A stretch of DNA of 64,000 nt from Podospora anserina. Taxonomy: Eukaryota. How positions within the stretch are numbered: position 1 is the stretch's first letter; every line of letters begins with the position of its first letter. Positions 11,953 to 25,616 of the stretch are shown here, one piece after another. The DNA lies in assembly GCA_017654855.1 (NCBI GenBank), contig CM030337.1:2976001-3040000 (forward strand), read 5' to 3'. The notes below the pieces were generated by a model. The model saw only the letters and a list, made by a program, of their open reading frames with translations. It ran no database searches and had not been told where the DNA came from. A program made the position numbers and the translations under genes.

Positions 11953-13819
11953 TTCGTTGGAATAAATATCAGTCGTGTGCCGCGCTGTCTGGCAGGAGTG
12001 TCAGTCATCTGCTGTCGGGTCCAGGGGCATTGAACCTCAGCGGTTTGCTGTTCACCTGGGTCTTTCACTTCCAAACAGTGGGATTTGATCCCATCTTAAA
12101 CGTTTTCTTAGGACCTGTCATACCGTTATCTCACCCCTCTTTTGCCCCCCGTAACCCCATAAGGCAGCGCCGGCCGCATGCACCTGTCCCATTGCATAGT
12201 GCATGACCTCATGTGGGCCTCGCACTAGCCAAGACCGAAGACTCATACGGCGTGCAAGACTGACAGCCAGGTCAGGGCCAGCGATTGGCACCTCAGACCA
12301 GTCCGATTTGCATCCAAACTTCGCATTTGGACCATGTTTGACAATGACCCGATCGGCGGTGTCTTCTCACTCGGTCGGGATTACCACAAAGAGGGGCAGC
12401 AGTTGTGTTATCACCGATTGCAACTAATCAACTGAGTGATCACAGTGGCAGGTTAGTGTTTACGTTTGTAGGTTTGGATCATGCTTCACTGGGGCCATTC
12501 GTGTTTTCAAGGTAAGGTGTGACCATTTTCTATATAGGAACAAAGGCTAAACGCACTCAGGAGGTCTTTTGAGGCCCTTCGGGAGGCTGCATGTCTCTTA
12601 TGTATCACTACGACCCCTGCCTTCATCCTCTACGTTCTTTAGATTCCATGCAACCATATCCTTTAATAGCTATTTTGCGGTTCTCTTTCCAGGCACCTAA
12701 TACTCGTCCTCGTACTTGACACTCATGTCACAGCAACACAGCCTCAAGCCACGAACTAATCATCAGCTAGCAAAGGTACATATGAGGTTGCGGAACAGGA
12801 TGATAATGACCAACCAACACTAACCAGAATGATAGCTCTCTAGAAGCTAGGTAAAAACTATTTAGAACGCAAAGACAACGGCAGTCCAGAAGCAATTTAC
12901 GAAAGATATGCCCTGAGATGTACCAGAAGGCTCAACAGGCGAGCCAGACGGTCCCTGACCTATTACTGCGAGGTTCACGGCTTTGCACTGAGGAAGACAA
13001 ACTTGCTTTACTACCCAAGAACAAGTGAGTCTAGCAAATCGAAAAAGCATTCTGTTGGTGGCATCAGGACAACCATTCTAACAGCACTGGCACAGTCGAA
13101 CACTGGAAATACTCTCCACCCGAAAAAAGAAACGAAAAAAAGAAGAAGGATCCAGAGTCCAACTCGTCACCTACCTCGACCACATCATACCCGCTGCCAA
13201 AAATCTCGACCCTTTTGGGTCGCACGATGACCGAGAAGACTACGCGACGTCGTTCTTCACCTGATCCAGAGAGTCGAAGGAGTGGTAGCCACCGTCAAGA
13301 ATTCAATGGACGTTACAGATGATCAGTGCCTGGATCCTGATGGGGAGTTGTGGCGGAGTATTCCCTGGCGATACGGATCTCGAACTTTCGACAGGGATGG
13401 ATGGGGCACAAAGATAGGGGATAGATATTGCATTTGGGAATATCCGTTGTATGTGGACAAGCCGTGGAGAAATAAGCATGGGAAATGGGCTTATCCCTTC
13501 CTCACGAATAGGATGTCGCAGAGGGATGATGAGGACGTGCCGTGGTTGGGGAAATATCAGTATCTGTTCATTCCGGTGTGGAAACCTTCTTGGATGAGGA
13601 GGAGAAATACCTGGTGATGGCGGGGTAGCTACCTACCCCTCTTTTGAGATTTGTTAAAAAAGATGAAGAAGAGAAAGCGTCAGTGGAATTACTACTATTA
13701 ATTATTGTCATTTGTTCTATAGTAAATCAAAAAGCCAAAGGAGTCTCAACTTGACGACAGGCCAGCCAGTCCGTTTAAAGGGGTCAGACCCAGACAAGTA
13801 GCGTGTGCCGCCAGGGCAA

Positions 13820-16407
13820 CTACAGCTGTCCATTGATTTCCAATTTCTCCAGAATAGCATCGCGGTACGCAAACATGCCCACGGTCCTGGGGTGGAAAGT
13901 CTTGATCTGCCTGGTAGGCGCGTACCAAGACACATCCTGGATGTTGGCTCCATCCTTGCCAGAAATGAAATCGTTTGCGCCGTTCACTCTTTTGGCCTCC
14001 TCTCCCTCCGGCTCCTCCCTTACCAACTCCGCCACGTAGCACAGGTATGACTCGTACGGATCGCGACCCTCACTAGCGGTAGAGTTGCACGTCTCCTCAC
14101 TGGGCAGCTTGATCTCGCCACTTTCAATGAGCATCTGCGTTTCATCCTTTTCCACCTCTCCACCATCAACCCCGGCGGCGTTGTTGGGCTCGATATCCTT
14201 CCAGCCACTCAAAAAGAACCAAGTATCGGCGCGGTTAGAATCAGGATCCTTGACGCCCGGCTCGCACCAGCGATGTCCCCCCTCTATCCAGCGTTGGTCG
14301 ACGTCGACATAATGGACTTGGCCACCTTCCGTGTTGGCGTCGTTCACGGCGAACTGGATGACCTCGTTAAGCTGCCTGACGAGATCGTCGAGCTCCTTTC
14401 TCAAACTCTTGGTCAGGTAGACGATTCGATTGGCGGGCCAGTCGGAGGGAGGTCTGTTTTCACCAAACCAGTAGTGGAAGCTCGCGCCGTCGCAGTCGTC
14501 TGTCTCCTCGTTGAAAAAGGTCGGGTAGCCTGCCACGTAGAGCTGTGTGTCCTTGCGCTTGGTCCGCCCGAGAGCGCGCAGGTAGGCATCCTTCAGCCGG
14601 GCGCGCAGGCCGTTGGGTGAACTGTCATCCATGTGTGCGCGGGCCTTCTTTTCCGCTTCCTCGCAGTTTTTGCGGTTTGTACTCCCCCAGTGAGCTGTGT
14701 TGGGCGTGATGACGCAGTACCAGACGAGGTCAGAGAAACCCAAGTCGTTGCCACCGATGGTGAGCGTGATGACGTTGGTTTCGTCGGCTTTCTTTTGATC
14801 CCACTCTTCGATCTTCTTGTACAGGCCTTCGGTTGTGTCTCCGGAGCAGGAGCGGCGGTCGTACACTATTTCCTTGTTGTCAAAGAACTTGTTGAGGAGA
14901 TCACCGTAGTTGTTGGATCCGACCCGGCACTTGTCGGTCGAGGTTGTTCCGGTGCCCATGCCTGAGGCGTAGGAGTCGCCAAAGTGAGCGAAGCCAATGA
15001 CGCCGGTAGCGTCGATTTCCTCTGGACTGCCGTCCCAGACGATGGCGTCGGTGACAAAGGGGCATGATTCATCCCTGGACCGGAGTGGATGACGAGGTTG
15101 ATTCAGCCCAGAGTCTGCAGGTGTGTTATGCTGATATGTGTCGGCGTTCAGACGTGGTCTTTGGCGGGGATGTCTTCTAGTCGCGGGCTTTGGAGGAACA
15201 CCGATTGTACCGCCTTTACCAGGAACACCCGCCGTGTTACCTGGTTGACCACCGCTGCTCCCTGCATTATTGGTAGGATGTGGGATTTCTCGGTTGCACT
15301 CCTTTGAGAAGAACACCCCGGCCGCAACATGGGAGTAGGTGTCTGCATTCTGAGCGCTCATATCGCCATTGCAGAACCCTTCGCCACCGGCATTGTTCCC
15401 GCAGATTGGAGTGGTAAAGCTGCCATCCTTTTTCTTTTTCAGCCCACCATACGGTGCGCATGCGCGGTCGAATAACCCAAGAGGAAGGCTGGTACACCCA
15501 GTGTAACCGTAGGCAACATCCACAGCCCTGTTTAGGAGACAGTTAGTATTCATAACGGTGCAAACACTAACGCGCATATAGCTAACTTACGGGTCGTTAT
15601 CACGCATCGCGTATCTTGTATGGGAGGCCTCGTGGACAATGATAGAAGATCTTGTTCGTTGGGCTTGCCGAAGATCCTTCAGGGAGTCGCAGTTGTTGTC
15701 CAGCGCGGGCTGTGTCTCACCAATGTCATTGGTGTCAAAGAACTTGTCGCAAAATGTCATCATCTTCTCCTTGTCGTTCATGGCTGCCCACCAATTCTTC
15801 TTCGGTGCGCAGGCCGGGCTGTTGTTATCGCAGTTGACTTTGAAGGTGTAGCTTGAAGAGGTTCCTGAAAGCACTGCAGTTGTATGATGTCAGATCATTG
15901 AGCACATGGAGAATAAGAGGCTAGGAACCAGGGTTGACTTACAGTCTGCTATGCGGCGATAGGTTTCACGTATATCGTCTTCGAAGCCCTCTTTTTCCCT
16001 GAGTCCTTTGGCGAAGAAGTGATCGTAATAGTTTCCCTCGGTAAGAAACTCTTGGGCGCGGAGGGCCATGTTCACGGCATGTTGCATTTCATCCATGATG
16101 TCTTTTTTCTTCTTGTCATCACAGGTGTCGCCCTCAAAGTGTACAATAGCAGCCTGTAGGGGGAGGGTCCAGTTAGATATTTGTCACATAGTCGATGGTG
16201 ATAACCTCATGAAAGTAGCTGAAATCTGAAATCTGTATGATCACCTACCTTCATGTCCGGGGTGATTCCGTCGGTAGGGCCTTTGGGATCCTTCAGATCG
16301 TCTGGGATTCCTTCGACAGGTCCCGTGGGTTTTCCAGCATTGTTTTCTTGCGCAAGACAGCCTGCTGCCACCAGGGCAGCTAAAGCCAACTTGAAGGCAA
16401 CCTTCAT
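13820..16407 (-). CDS. Secreted M35/deuterolysin-like metalloprotease fused to an SGNH (GDSL) hydrolase
   Basis: Signal peptide MKVAFKLALAALVAAGCLA; MTFCDKFF..IVHEASHT (HExxH) and NADTYSHVA; then FGDSYASG, SCSG, TIGGND and FHP. Several introns between 15530 and 16250. Confidence 0.8.
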
Positions 16408-17503
16408 GGTGCCGAGTATCTGGTGCGGAATAATGATGTGTGTGTTGGATTCGAGAGTGAGAACGAAGCAGGGCATGATGTCCAAGAAGTTCCATGTTGC
16501 CGATGTCTTTATACAACTCAAGTCTGTCAGACCATTGTGACAATTGTTCAAAGCTCTATCTCCATCCAGTCACAAACATTATTCGCATTGACGGCAATTG
16601 CAAATCCCATCTTCAATTCGAATATCAAACTACGGTCTTCATACCTCAGCCTTCATCAAAGCCGAAGAGGAGCGAGATATGGGATGCAAGGCCCAGCTGA
16701 GCTTGGCCACATGTATCCGAGACGCCACATCTGTTGGGGTCCGAGGCAGGACATTCGAGGCTATCCTTGATGTGAATGAAGTCTTTCAAATCGTGAGCCA
16801 TACAATGAAGACAAGCCCGATACATTGATCCGTGCAAATAGTACCTGGGTAGGTAAGCCACCGGTATTTGCTCTGTCCTTCTTCCGTGTATGGTGAGTAA
16901 ACTCTGGACTAAAGACATATCGGCAAATATTTTATTGGGTGGATCATAAATCTGAGCTCTTGTTACCTTACTTAGTCCGAAGTTGGATGCGATGTCATGT
17001 GCTACAGGCCCAGATTCACCCCGCGCCACCTTCAGCTCTCTACCTCAGGCCCGTCAAAACAGTTGGGTTTCAGAACCTTAGCAAACAACGAATTCAGATG
17101 GTGAATAGCCGTTGCCACCCACAGAATTGGTAGCATAAGTAAGTTGGACCATCCTCGGTTTGCTTGTGAGTGCCCGGTTTTAGTGTTGATCGCACCATTC
17201 CCTTTTCACCCTCACATCTGCTCAGAGGAGACACCGTCCGAGCTCCTTTCCTACAGACCTGCGTATGCGCCAAACTTCACACAGCACCACCGCGAGCTTA
17301 GCAAAAAAGCCTTTCCGTTCTTTTTCTTTTTTCAAAACCCCTTAACAAAACATCATAAAAAGCCCTCGTCCTCTCATTACCGACCCCTTAATTTGATACG
17401 GCTCTTGTTTAGCTCCAAATAAGTACCTAGACATCAAAGAAGAGAAACGAGCGAAGCCACAGAATCCTCGCTATTTTGGTGGTCTCTGCCTTCTCCACCA
17501 GCC

Positions 17504-18550
17504 ATGGAAGTCCCAGACTGGCTTCGAGGGTAAGTCAACCTTACCAGCATCTATCGACACCCCTCACTCCCATGACATACTACAGTCCCCACATATTCTG
17601 ACCTTGAAGCCTTTGGGCGAGAAAAACAGCCTCTTTCTCATCCTAACACTTCTATCTTTCGAGCCACAAATCGCCCGCATTTATTATCGCCGCGATAGTA
17701 CAGGCATCTCCCTCTACTACGTCCTCTTCAACCTCATCATCGCCACCGAGTTCTTCACAATCTCCTTCTTCCACCTAGTCAACAACCGCTGCGAGGGATC
17801 TGACTCGTTCGTACACGATCCCCCCAACCTAGGTGATCTCCTCAACCTCGCTCACTTCACGGCTGTGTGGATTGCCTGGATCATAATGTTAGTCCCTCTT
17901 CGGTGGGAACGACCGAGAGAACAAAGTTGACACTTCCACACAGACTACTTCTAACGATCATTTACTCCCCAACCACCAGAGACACATCGAAAATCATGTT
18001 AATATACATCACCTTCCTCACCATCTCCCTCATCCCCCTCTTCCTCGACGCCGTCTTCGCCGATACCACCGACCCCTACCACAAATGGGCTCTGGGTTTC
18101 TTCTCAGCGATACACATGATGTTCATCAACCCCGGTGTCTTCTTCCTTTGCTTCTTCGCCATAGGGGCCCAAGCCCACGAGATCATCCGCCACAGACATG
18201 AAGACAGTGCGCTGAGCTTGCTCGGGCTGGCGGTGCAGGCTGTCTTGTTTGCTGTGCTTTCGGTGACTTGGTCGGGGCGGCTGGTGTTTCAGTGGGACAA
18301 GATCCCGGATGGGAATTTGTTGAACTGGAGGGTGTTTGTCTTTTGGTTTCAGGTTGTTGGGTTTGTCGTGTATGATTATGCTGTTTTTGCGATTGGGCAG
18401 GGGGTGTTGCTTGCGCTGGCGCTGAGGCATCTGGATGTGGCGTTGACGGGGGGGAGTCTGTGGCGGGTGATCTTCTTGGAGACAGATAGGGAGGGGTATG
18501 AGGATGGGGTTGTTGGTGAGGAGGAGGAGAGGAGGCCGTTGTTGGGTTGA
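17504..18550 (+). CDS. PQ-loop-like multi-pass membrane protein
   Basis: LSFEPQIARIYYRRDSTGISLYYVLFNLI, multiple hydrophobic segments and a C-terminal EERRPLL dileucine motif. Introns at ~17530-17630 and ~17888-17943. Confidence 0.75.
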
Positions 18551-18926
18551 AGAGTAAGGTAGTGTCATCGTGATGACGAGTGGTTACTGAGGGCATGTTA
18601 TAGGCCTGGTTACCTACCTGACTTGCGGGCAAGGACCTCATTTAGACACACTAATTAAACTTGAATACTAGTTGATCTGTTCAGAAAGCTTTGTTCACAT
18701 TCAGGGTAATGATAGCAAACAAAGGGTGTTGAGTAGGGGTCGTGAAAGTGCGATTACCAAGGCAGATGAAAGAATGAAGACTCAGGCTCACTCCAGCAAA
18801 ACCATGATTAACGACCTGCCAAGCATATGTATTTAAATACCCTAGACTACCTACCTATCTAAGACCCGATCAACCTTGGTTGCAGCCATCCAACTGCCTA
18901 TCTTTGAGGCCATTTCATGTTTCCAT

Positions 18927-20296
18927 CTAAACCTTCATGACCTTGATGACGCGCATATCGTGCAGGCCGATATTGAACGAAGCACTCGTCCCTTTCCCAG
19001 TCTGGCCAGTATACATCTCCCTCCACTCATACGATCCAGAGCCACCCAAGCCAGGGACATCCTTAAAGTTGACGCTGTAGGTTCCCGCCGAAGTGCCAGC
19101 ACAAAGCCCAACAACCACACCATCCGACAGCGGCCCAGCCCAATACGGGTAGATTTTGCCATTTACTGGTGCTGGCGCACCGGGAGGTCGAAAGGTTGTT
19201 GCCGCCTTGCCGAGAGAGTCCTGGTTGATGTCAATCAAGCCCTTGTTCCGGATGATGTCCAGGGTGGAGTTGGAAATCTTTTCGAGATCCAAGCCCAGTA
19301 CGAGAGGAGACTTGGTGATGGCCCAGAGACCAAAGTGCAATTTCTCCTGGTTTGTGTTGAGCTTGGAGGATCCAAGGTAGAGCATGTCGAGGTCGTTGAA
19401 GCCGCCTGGAGCACTGTACTGGTAGATCCCGGCGGCTGCATTGCCGATGCGCTCGACACTGGCCCAGTCGCCCCAGTTGTCTACGCTCATTCTGCTATCT
19501 GTTAGCCTTGGTAAGGGGTGTTGATGGTGGGCGATTACGACGTACCTCCATGAGTGACCGTAGCTAGCACCCCAAGTCCAGACTTCGTCACGGCCCCAGT
19601 TGCAGAGGTTGAAATGCAGCTTTTTGGTGTTCTGAACTCCGAGGATGGCGTCTCTCATGGGCGCGTACCAAGTCTTGGTGCTGCCGGCCGGGCTGGTACA
19701 AGTTTGAGGGCGAGGATTTTGACGGCAGGGTGTGTAGCAGTTGTCGTACTTCCAGAAGTCGACTCCCCAACTCACCAACTGGTCAACATCACCCCTTTCG
19801 TGGCCCTCGTTTCCTGGGTATCCAGCGCACGTCTTGTCGCCAGCGCAGCCGTACAGGCCGAACTTGAGTCCCATGCTGTGGATCCTGTCGGTGACGGCTT
19901 TGATGCCGTTGGGCCATTTGGCTGGGTCGGGTACGAGCCTTCCAGAGCTGTCACGGCTCTTGGTGGACCAGCAGTCGTCGATGTTGATGTCTAGGATGGA
20001 TGAGCGCGTTTTTCAGCAAACACTGGGCTCAGAAGAACTCACATTCATACCCAAGGTCCTTGAGTCCAAGAGAAATGAACTTGTCTGCCGTTGCGAGGGC
20101 ATACCTGGCTGAGGCTGCGTTGCATTGGGCGACATTCTACCAACAAAGTCAGCACCCGGTAAGCATACAGGAAGGGCCTTGTCGGTACCCAGCTGCTCCA
20201 ACCCATATGAGGTTTCAACCCAACTCCATTATCCAATGCCACCGTCAGCCGGGTATTGGCGAGTGCGGGTAGTAGTGCAACCTTCCAGGACTTCAT
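18927..20296 (-). CDS. Alpha-galactosidase, GH27
   Basis: Signal peptide, LDNGVGLKPHMGWSSW, NIDDCW, GLKFGLYG, VDFWKYDNC, SWRMSVD, FNDLDML. Several introns. Confidence 0.92.
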
Positions 20297-21083
20297 CGTG
20301 GCGACCGCAATGCTGAATATCGATGTTGATGCTGTGAAGACATGGGATGAAAGCACTTTGACGGGCACAGCTCTTATAAAGCCTAGGTATGTTTGGGAAC
20401 TTCCTGAGCAGCATTGTCTGATAGATGGGTTTGAGATACTCCGGTACCTGCACCTTACGTCACTCTGTCGCTGGGCCCTCCGCTTCGTTTCTACTTGCCT
20501 TCAGGTTATAGCCGATTGGGGCGCTAAACCACGTCGCCACAAAGCCCTATGATCGTTGCAGGAGAAATTCGTAGACTGTGACCATGATGTTCACCTCAAG
20601 TATGTCCGGCGCTTGCAGCCAGATTCGGAAGGTTCTGCGTAGATGTTTTCCTGCACCTAGGGACTTGCTCCATGGGCACGCTGTCGTATGGGTTAGGGTT
20701 ACCGTCGTGCTTTCCTTGCAGAAATGCCCTCGAAGAGTTTTTCCGAGACCAATCCAGAGCCACCACCTTGTCTGAGCCTGCTTCCCACGAAATGCGGTCC
20801 TCACGCCCCCCACAAACATCGCCAATTCACCAGAACAATGCCTGCGGTACACAGCCCGCGGCAACTTCCACCGTGGCGTCTGGACATGCATCTATCTACC
20901 TCAGTTCTCACCATGATTGGTGACTTGCAGTTACTGCCCTGCCTCAACCCCGCTTGACTTGCATGCATTGCCCGATGTCTATGCGCTGTTCCTTCGCCTT
21001 GACAGAAACATTAACACCGACAACTATCAAGTTTCGCTGAAACCCTCAGGATTTCTCTCTTCATCCAGGACGATTACAGCAAA

Positions 21084-24000
21084 ATGGAGCCTCTCGAGAT
21101 CGTTGGGGCGGTGGCGGCCGTCGGCCAGCTCTTGGAGCTATGCATCAAGGCCGGAAAAACTTCGACCCAGCTCGTACAGTCATTCATCAACGCCCCAACC
21201 GAGCTCAGAAACTTGAGCGCGAAGCTTGCCTCGTTACAGATGATCATTCAACAGTTTCAGGCTCTCGGCCAGGATTTGTTAATGACGGGCGTGGAAGATA
21301 TTCTTCCAGCTACCCACAAGGACATGCTCCTTAGCTCCCTCCTGGCAAGTGAGAGGGCATTGAAGAACCTCACGACACTTCACAACACTGCTGGGCAGTC
21401 CTCGACACCAAAACCTGGCTGCAACTTCAGTCGGAGGCTGCTGTGGTCGCTAATCGATAAGAAAAGGTCAACGGTGGTTATCGAGGAGCTAAGGAAGGCA
21501 GAGATGGTCTTGGATACAGTCATACTAATTCTTAATACGTAAGTCGATCCCTCTTGACTTCCTGACCATTGTCTTACGTAGATATCGTATCACAGCCGGC
21601 TCAACTCCCATATCTGGACATCGTTCTCCGCGATGCAACTCGCGCAGCAGGCATTCCGAGCAGACTTTTTGCAGTCAGCTCGTGACGTCAAAACCATCGT
21701 CGAGGCTCAACACTACACGATATCTGAATTCAAAGCAAATGCTGACCATACGCTGTTGTCCATATTGCAGTCACAGACTGAAAATGATACCAAGGTTCAG
21801 GTAACGCTACTTTTTATTAAAAGTCAGTTGATCACTATTCGCACAGGCTTACATACAAGCTTTAGGGCCTGGTCAGCTCCCACGAGCAATTGAGCGACGA
21901 CTTATCAAAACTGCGAGAGAATATTGCAAACCAAGAACCAGCGTCGGCGCAGGCCATGCCCCGCCCAATATCAGACATTCCCCAGCAGCGAGCCGATAGC
22001 GCAATACGGAAAACGCGGGACATTTCTTCTCTCCCTCGACAACATGCTCCACAGCCAGCAACAGAGAGGGTTTTTTCAAAGGTTGAACAGTTGATGACCG
22101 AGAACGACTGGAAGAAGCATTTTGCCCGATACCATTGGTTCACTGGACCGGATGATCAGTTGTTTGGGATTACCGTCACAAAACCTTGCGTTGGTGGGAT
22201 GGTCGTCGCACTTCTATCAAAGAAAAATGAGCGGAGGGCCCACGCAAAATTCAGGGCCAGACTCAAGATACTTGGTCAACGGATATTTCAGTTCGAGATA
22301 AAGGCAAGGCAGTTTGCCAGGACTTGGATGAGTTTGCCCGGCATGAATTGTGCTATCACAATTATCAACATCCGACCAACCAGTGCTCCTATATTCCAGG
22401 CCTGCTATGAATGGGACATGGTTACAGTCAAGCACTTGCTGGAAAGCGGAGAAGCCAGCGTTAATGATGTCGATCATGAAACCCGGAGAGGTTTACTCGA
22501 GGTCCGTTTACAGGACACAGTCCGGGGGGGCAGTACTTCCACAAAAGTGATTCTGAGTCACTCTGCTGATGTTGAACTGTAGCATCTTTTTAGGACCACT
22601 GAAAGTGATCAAGACAAGTCGCTTCATTCGCCTTTTACCAAGTTCCGAGGTGGTGCATTGCTTCGGTATCTTCTTGACAGAGGCTGCGATCCTAATGTCT
22701 TCAATGGCAGTACGGGCTTGTAAGTAAAGTTGACCATTCCATAACCGATTCCGTCGTTGGGTGTATTCTAGCAGGCCTCGCTGACAGTTTAAAGACCGGC
22801 AGTTCTCGTTGCCTTTGGGCTCGGGTTCTCGCGTTCGGTCTCGTCATTGCTTTTTCATGGTGCAGATTTAGAATCTTTCCAATCCAGACCCGCCGATTTG
22901 ATAGACGCTGTGGCGCATCGAAGGTACAAATGGCAACTCAAGCTACTGCACTCCGTGGGCTTCTCAGATTGGAATCCTACACGCCAATCATCGATGTCGT
23001 TACTACATGCCGCTGCTTACTACAACGATATTCCAATGCTTCTTTTTGGCATGGGGGCCATTGGAATAGATCCGAATACTGGAGATAACTACATGACGCC
23101 GCTTCATGAGGCTGCTATGGGCAACAATGTTCTAGCCGGCTCAATGCTGCGCGAAGCTTGTGCAGATATCAACTCTGGGCATGGCGTTTGGGGTGGCACA
23201 CCTTTACAACGCTGTATGGATTTCAAAGCTTACGAAATGGGCCACTGGCTTCTTCAGTGTGGCGCAAATACCAACATATCTGACTCTTTGTCAAACGATG
23301 TATGGACTGGGTTTTGGGAAAGGATAATGACAAGGGTAGTAGGTCGGAACCATGACGTTTGCTTTGACTTTCTTAGAGAAGAGGCGATGCTCACCCACCT
23401 TCTTCTCCATGACTCAGACCCGCACCAGCTATTTAGGACTGTTTGGATTCAGCATTTCCATCATGGCATTGGATTCTTTAGAGCATGGTATGATTACTGT
23501 GGGCATATCCAGACCCCTGAGGTAGCAAGAGCCTGCAGCTACAGGATTCGAGGCCTCTTGTTCTACCCTTCGGGATCAGACGAGAACGGCAGTGCCCTGT
23601 GCGGCTTTCCGAAGGAAGTCATTATACAATACGAAGACGCAGAGCACACGAGAAGACCTGCAAGAACTAGTTTGTGGTGTAGCAGGGGACACATTTACCT
23701 AGCTGAAAGAGACACGCCAAATGATGTTGGTTCTGATAGGGACAGCGATTCAGATAATTCACTGGAATCTTCTGATGACGATACGGATTCAGGCAGCGAA
23801 GATGGTGACTGTGATTGTCGAAAACAGCACCGGAGTTACAATGACAGGGACAGCGGTTCAAGTCTCTGTAACTGTGATGTTGACGGGGGAGACAATCAGA
23901 ATGTCCGACCAGGGATCACACTCTTTTACGATACGATATCCACACCGGAAGGTCAACTACGCATGTCTCGATTCCCGTTCGTTTGCCTACTCACGAACGC

Positions 24001-24262
24001 CTTGTGTATGGCCGGCTACCGAGCGGAAATGGATGAGGACGGGGATATTTGGTACGAAGATGAAGATGGCGATAGCTATCACGATGCTCGGGAGTTTCAA
24101 CCCCACGAAGATGAGGATGACGGGCTTGCTCGTAACTGCCCGATGTGTCAAAACCCAGATAAGTACGGCTTGGGGCACATTTTCGAGGAAGCGGAGAGAG
24201 GGAGGAATCTTCTTTTGGAGTATAGGGCGAGAGCGAAGACGCAGAAAAGGACGTACTTCTGA
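21084..24262 (+). CDS. Ankyrin-repeat protein with an N-terminal fungal STAND-N/HeLo-like domain
   Basis: MEPLEIVGAVAAVGQLLEL..NAPTEL..L..L (SesA/HeLo-like). Ankyrin motifs IFQAC..VKHLLESGEASVND, LLHAAA and TPLHEAA..ADIN..TPL. Acidic C-terminus. Four plausible introns keep the frame open. Confidence 0.75.
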
Positions 24263-24426
24263 CGGAGGATCAGCTCGAGGATGGTGTTTTTACATGGTGC
24301 AAGGGGTCAAACAGTTGCATACCGGGGCTTCTTCTCTATCACTTTTATAGCACCGATTTCACTTCCAGCCCGCCTCCATGGAAATAACACCATGTTTCCC
24401 GAGACACCACACCATCTGGCAGTCAC

Positions 24427-25342
24427 TCACAGCCCAAAGAACTTCATATCCTCCTCCCCATGCACCGGCACCCCATGCCCAACCCCCTCCGCCCAAATCC
24501 CCGTCAACTTCTCCCCAAACACCTGCGTGGTATACCTTCTCTCAGGCACATCCCTCTTCTCCTCCAGGGGCGTCCCAGGGTACCCAAAAACGGTCGTCCA
24601 CTGCGCAATGGAATAGTTGTAATTCGCCGGCGCAATAACATCATCCGCACTCCCATGGTAAACCTGCATCCTTGGCCTCGTCCCGTTATAACCCGGATAA
24701 GCATCCAACACCCACCTCGCCCACTCTTCAGGTGTCAAGTTCATCCTCCCCCCTGAGCAGTTCCCGTTCCAGCCGGCAACGGAGTCAGTGAAGAAGCAGC
24801 CGGCTGCTACACCGGAGTAGTTAATAACCGCGCTGAACAAATCAGGATACGCAGCAGCGAGGATACTCTGGTCATAATTAGCACCACATTCTCAGCTCAG
24901 CTCAGGTATAGGGGTAACCTACAGCCATCATCCCACCCGATGACTCCCCAATAACAAACACCCGTCCCTTATCCCCGTTATATCTCTCCACCGCCCACCT
25001 CGCCATATTGGCAATCGCATGACTATCACTCCCGCCATCCCTCTTCAGCGTAGCCCTAGAGCTCACATCCCAGCAGCCGCCCTCGTTTGGTGATTCAGGG
25101 TAGACAACCACGAACTTTTTCTCGTCGGCGAGGCGTTTGTACGGGCTGCCGTTGTAATAGCCTTGGGCGGTGCCGGTGCAGTAGTGCACGCCGAGGAGAA
25201 TAGCTGGGTTAGGGGGGAGGTTTGGGGGGGCGTAAACAAACATTTTGGCGCGGCTGGGGATAGGGGGGCCGAAGGTGGGGACGGGTTGGAGTTGGGCGGC
25301 GCTGAGGGGGAGGAGGGAGAGGAGGACGTGGGGGGGTCTCAT
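24427..25342 (-). CDS. Secreted acetylxylan/feruloyl esterase, CE1 (PHB-depolymerase-like)
   Basis: Signal peptide, VHYCTGTA, CWDVSS, GESSGGMM (GxSxG), HGSADDVI, GVGH. One intron ~24870-24919. Confidence 0.9.
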
Positions 25343-25616
25343 TTTGGGTGGATAGGGGTGAGGGTTTGGGAGGTGGGTGGTGAGGTTTGAGGTTGGGAGG
25401 GCTGTAAACGCTACCGATGAAGTGTTGTGAAATACTCGAGAGGTACTATTCGCATGTCAGATGTGGTGTCAAGTTCGAGGCGACGGTAACCTTTATTAAT
25501 CTCACGAATTCCCATTGATGCAAAAAAGAATCCGTCTAGCTCCATGCCCTTCATTCTTGGCGATTGGCGCGCTTGGAAAAACAAGATATTTACCCAACAA
25601 GCGCGCGTACTACCAG

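Noticed and set aside
13282..13617. 111-aa Trp-rich ORF
   Set aside because: No clear start context or family motif. It may be a gene remnant but cannot be supported.
18845..18860. TACCTACC/GGTAGGTA motifs here and at ~3010, 13630, 42335, 52640 and 61270 as element target sites
   Set aside because: Short, common intergenic motif that does not pair up around any definable element.
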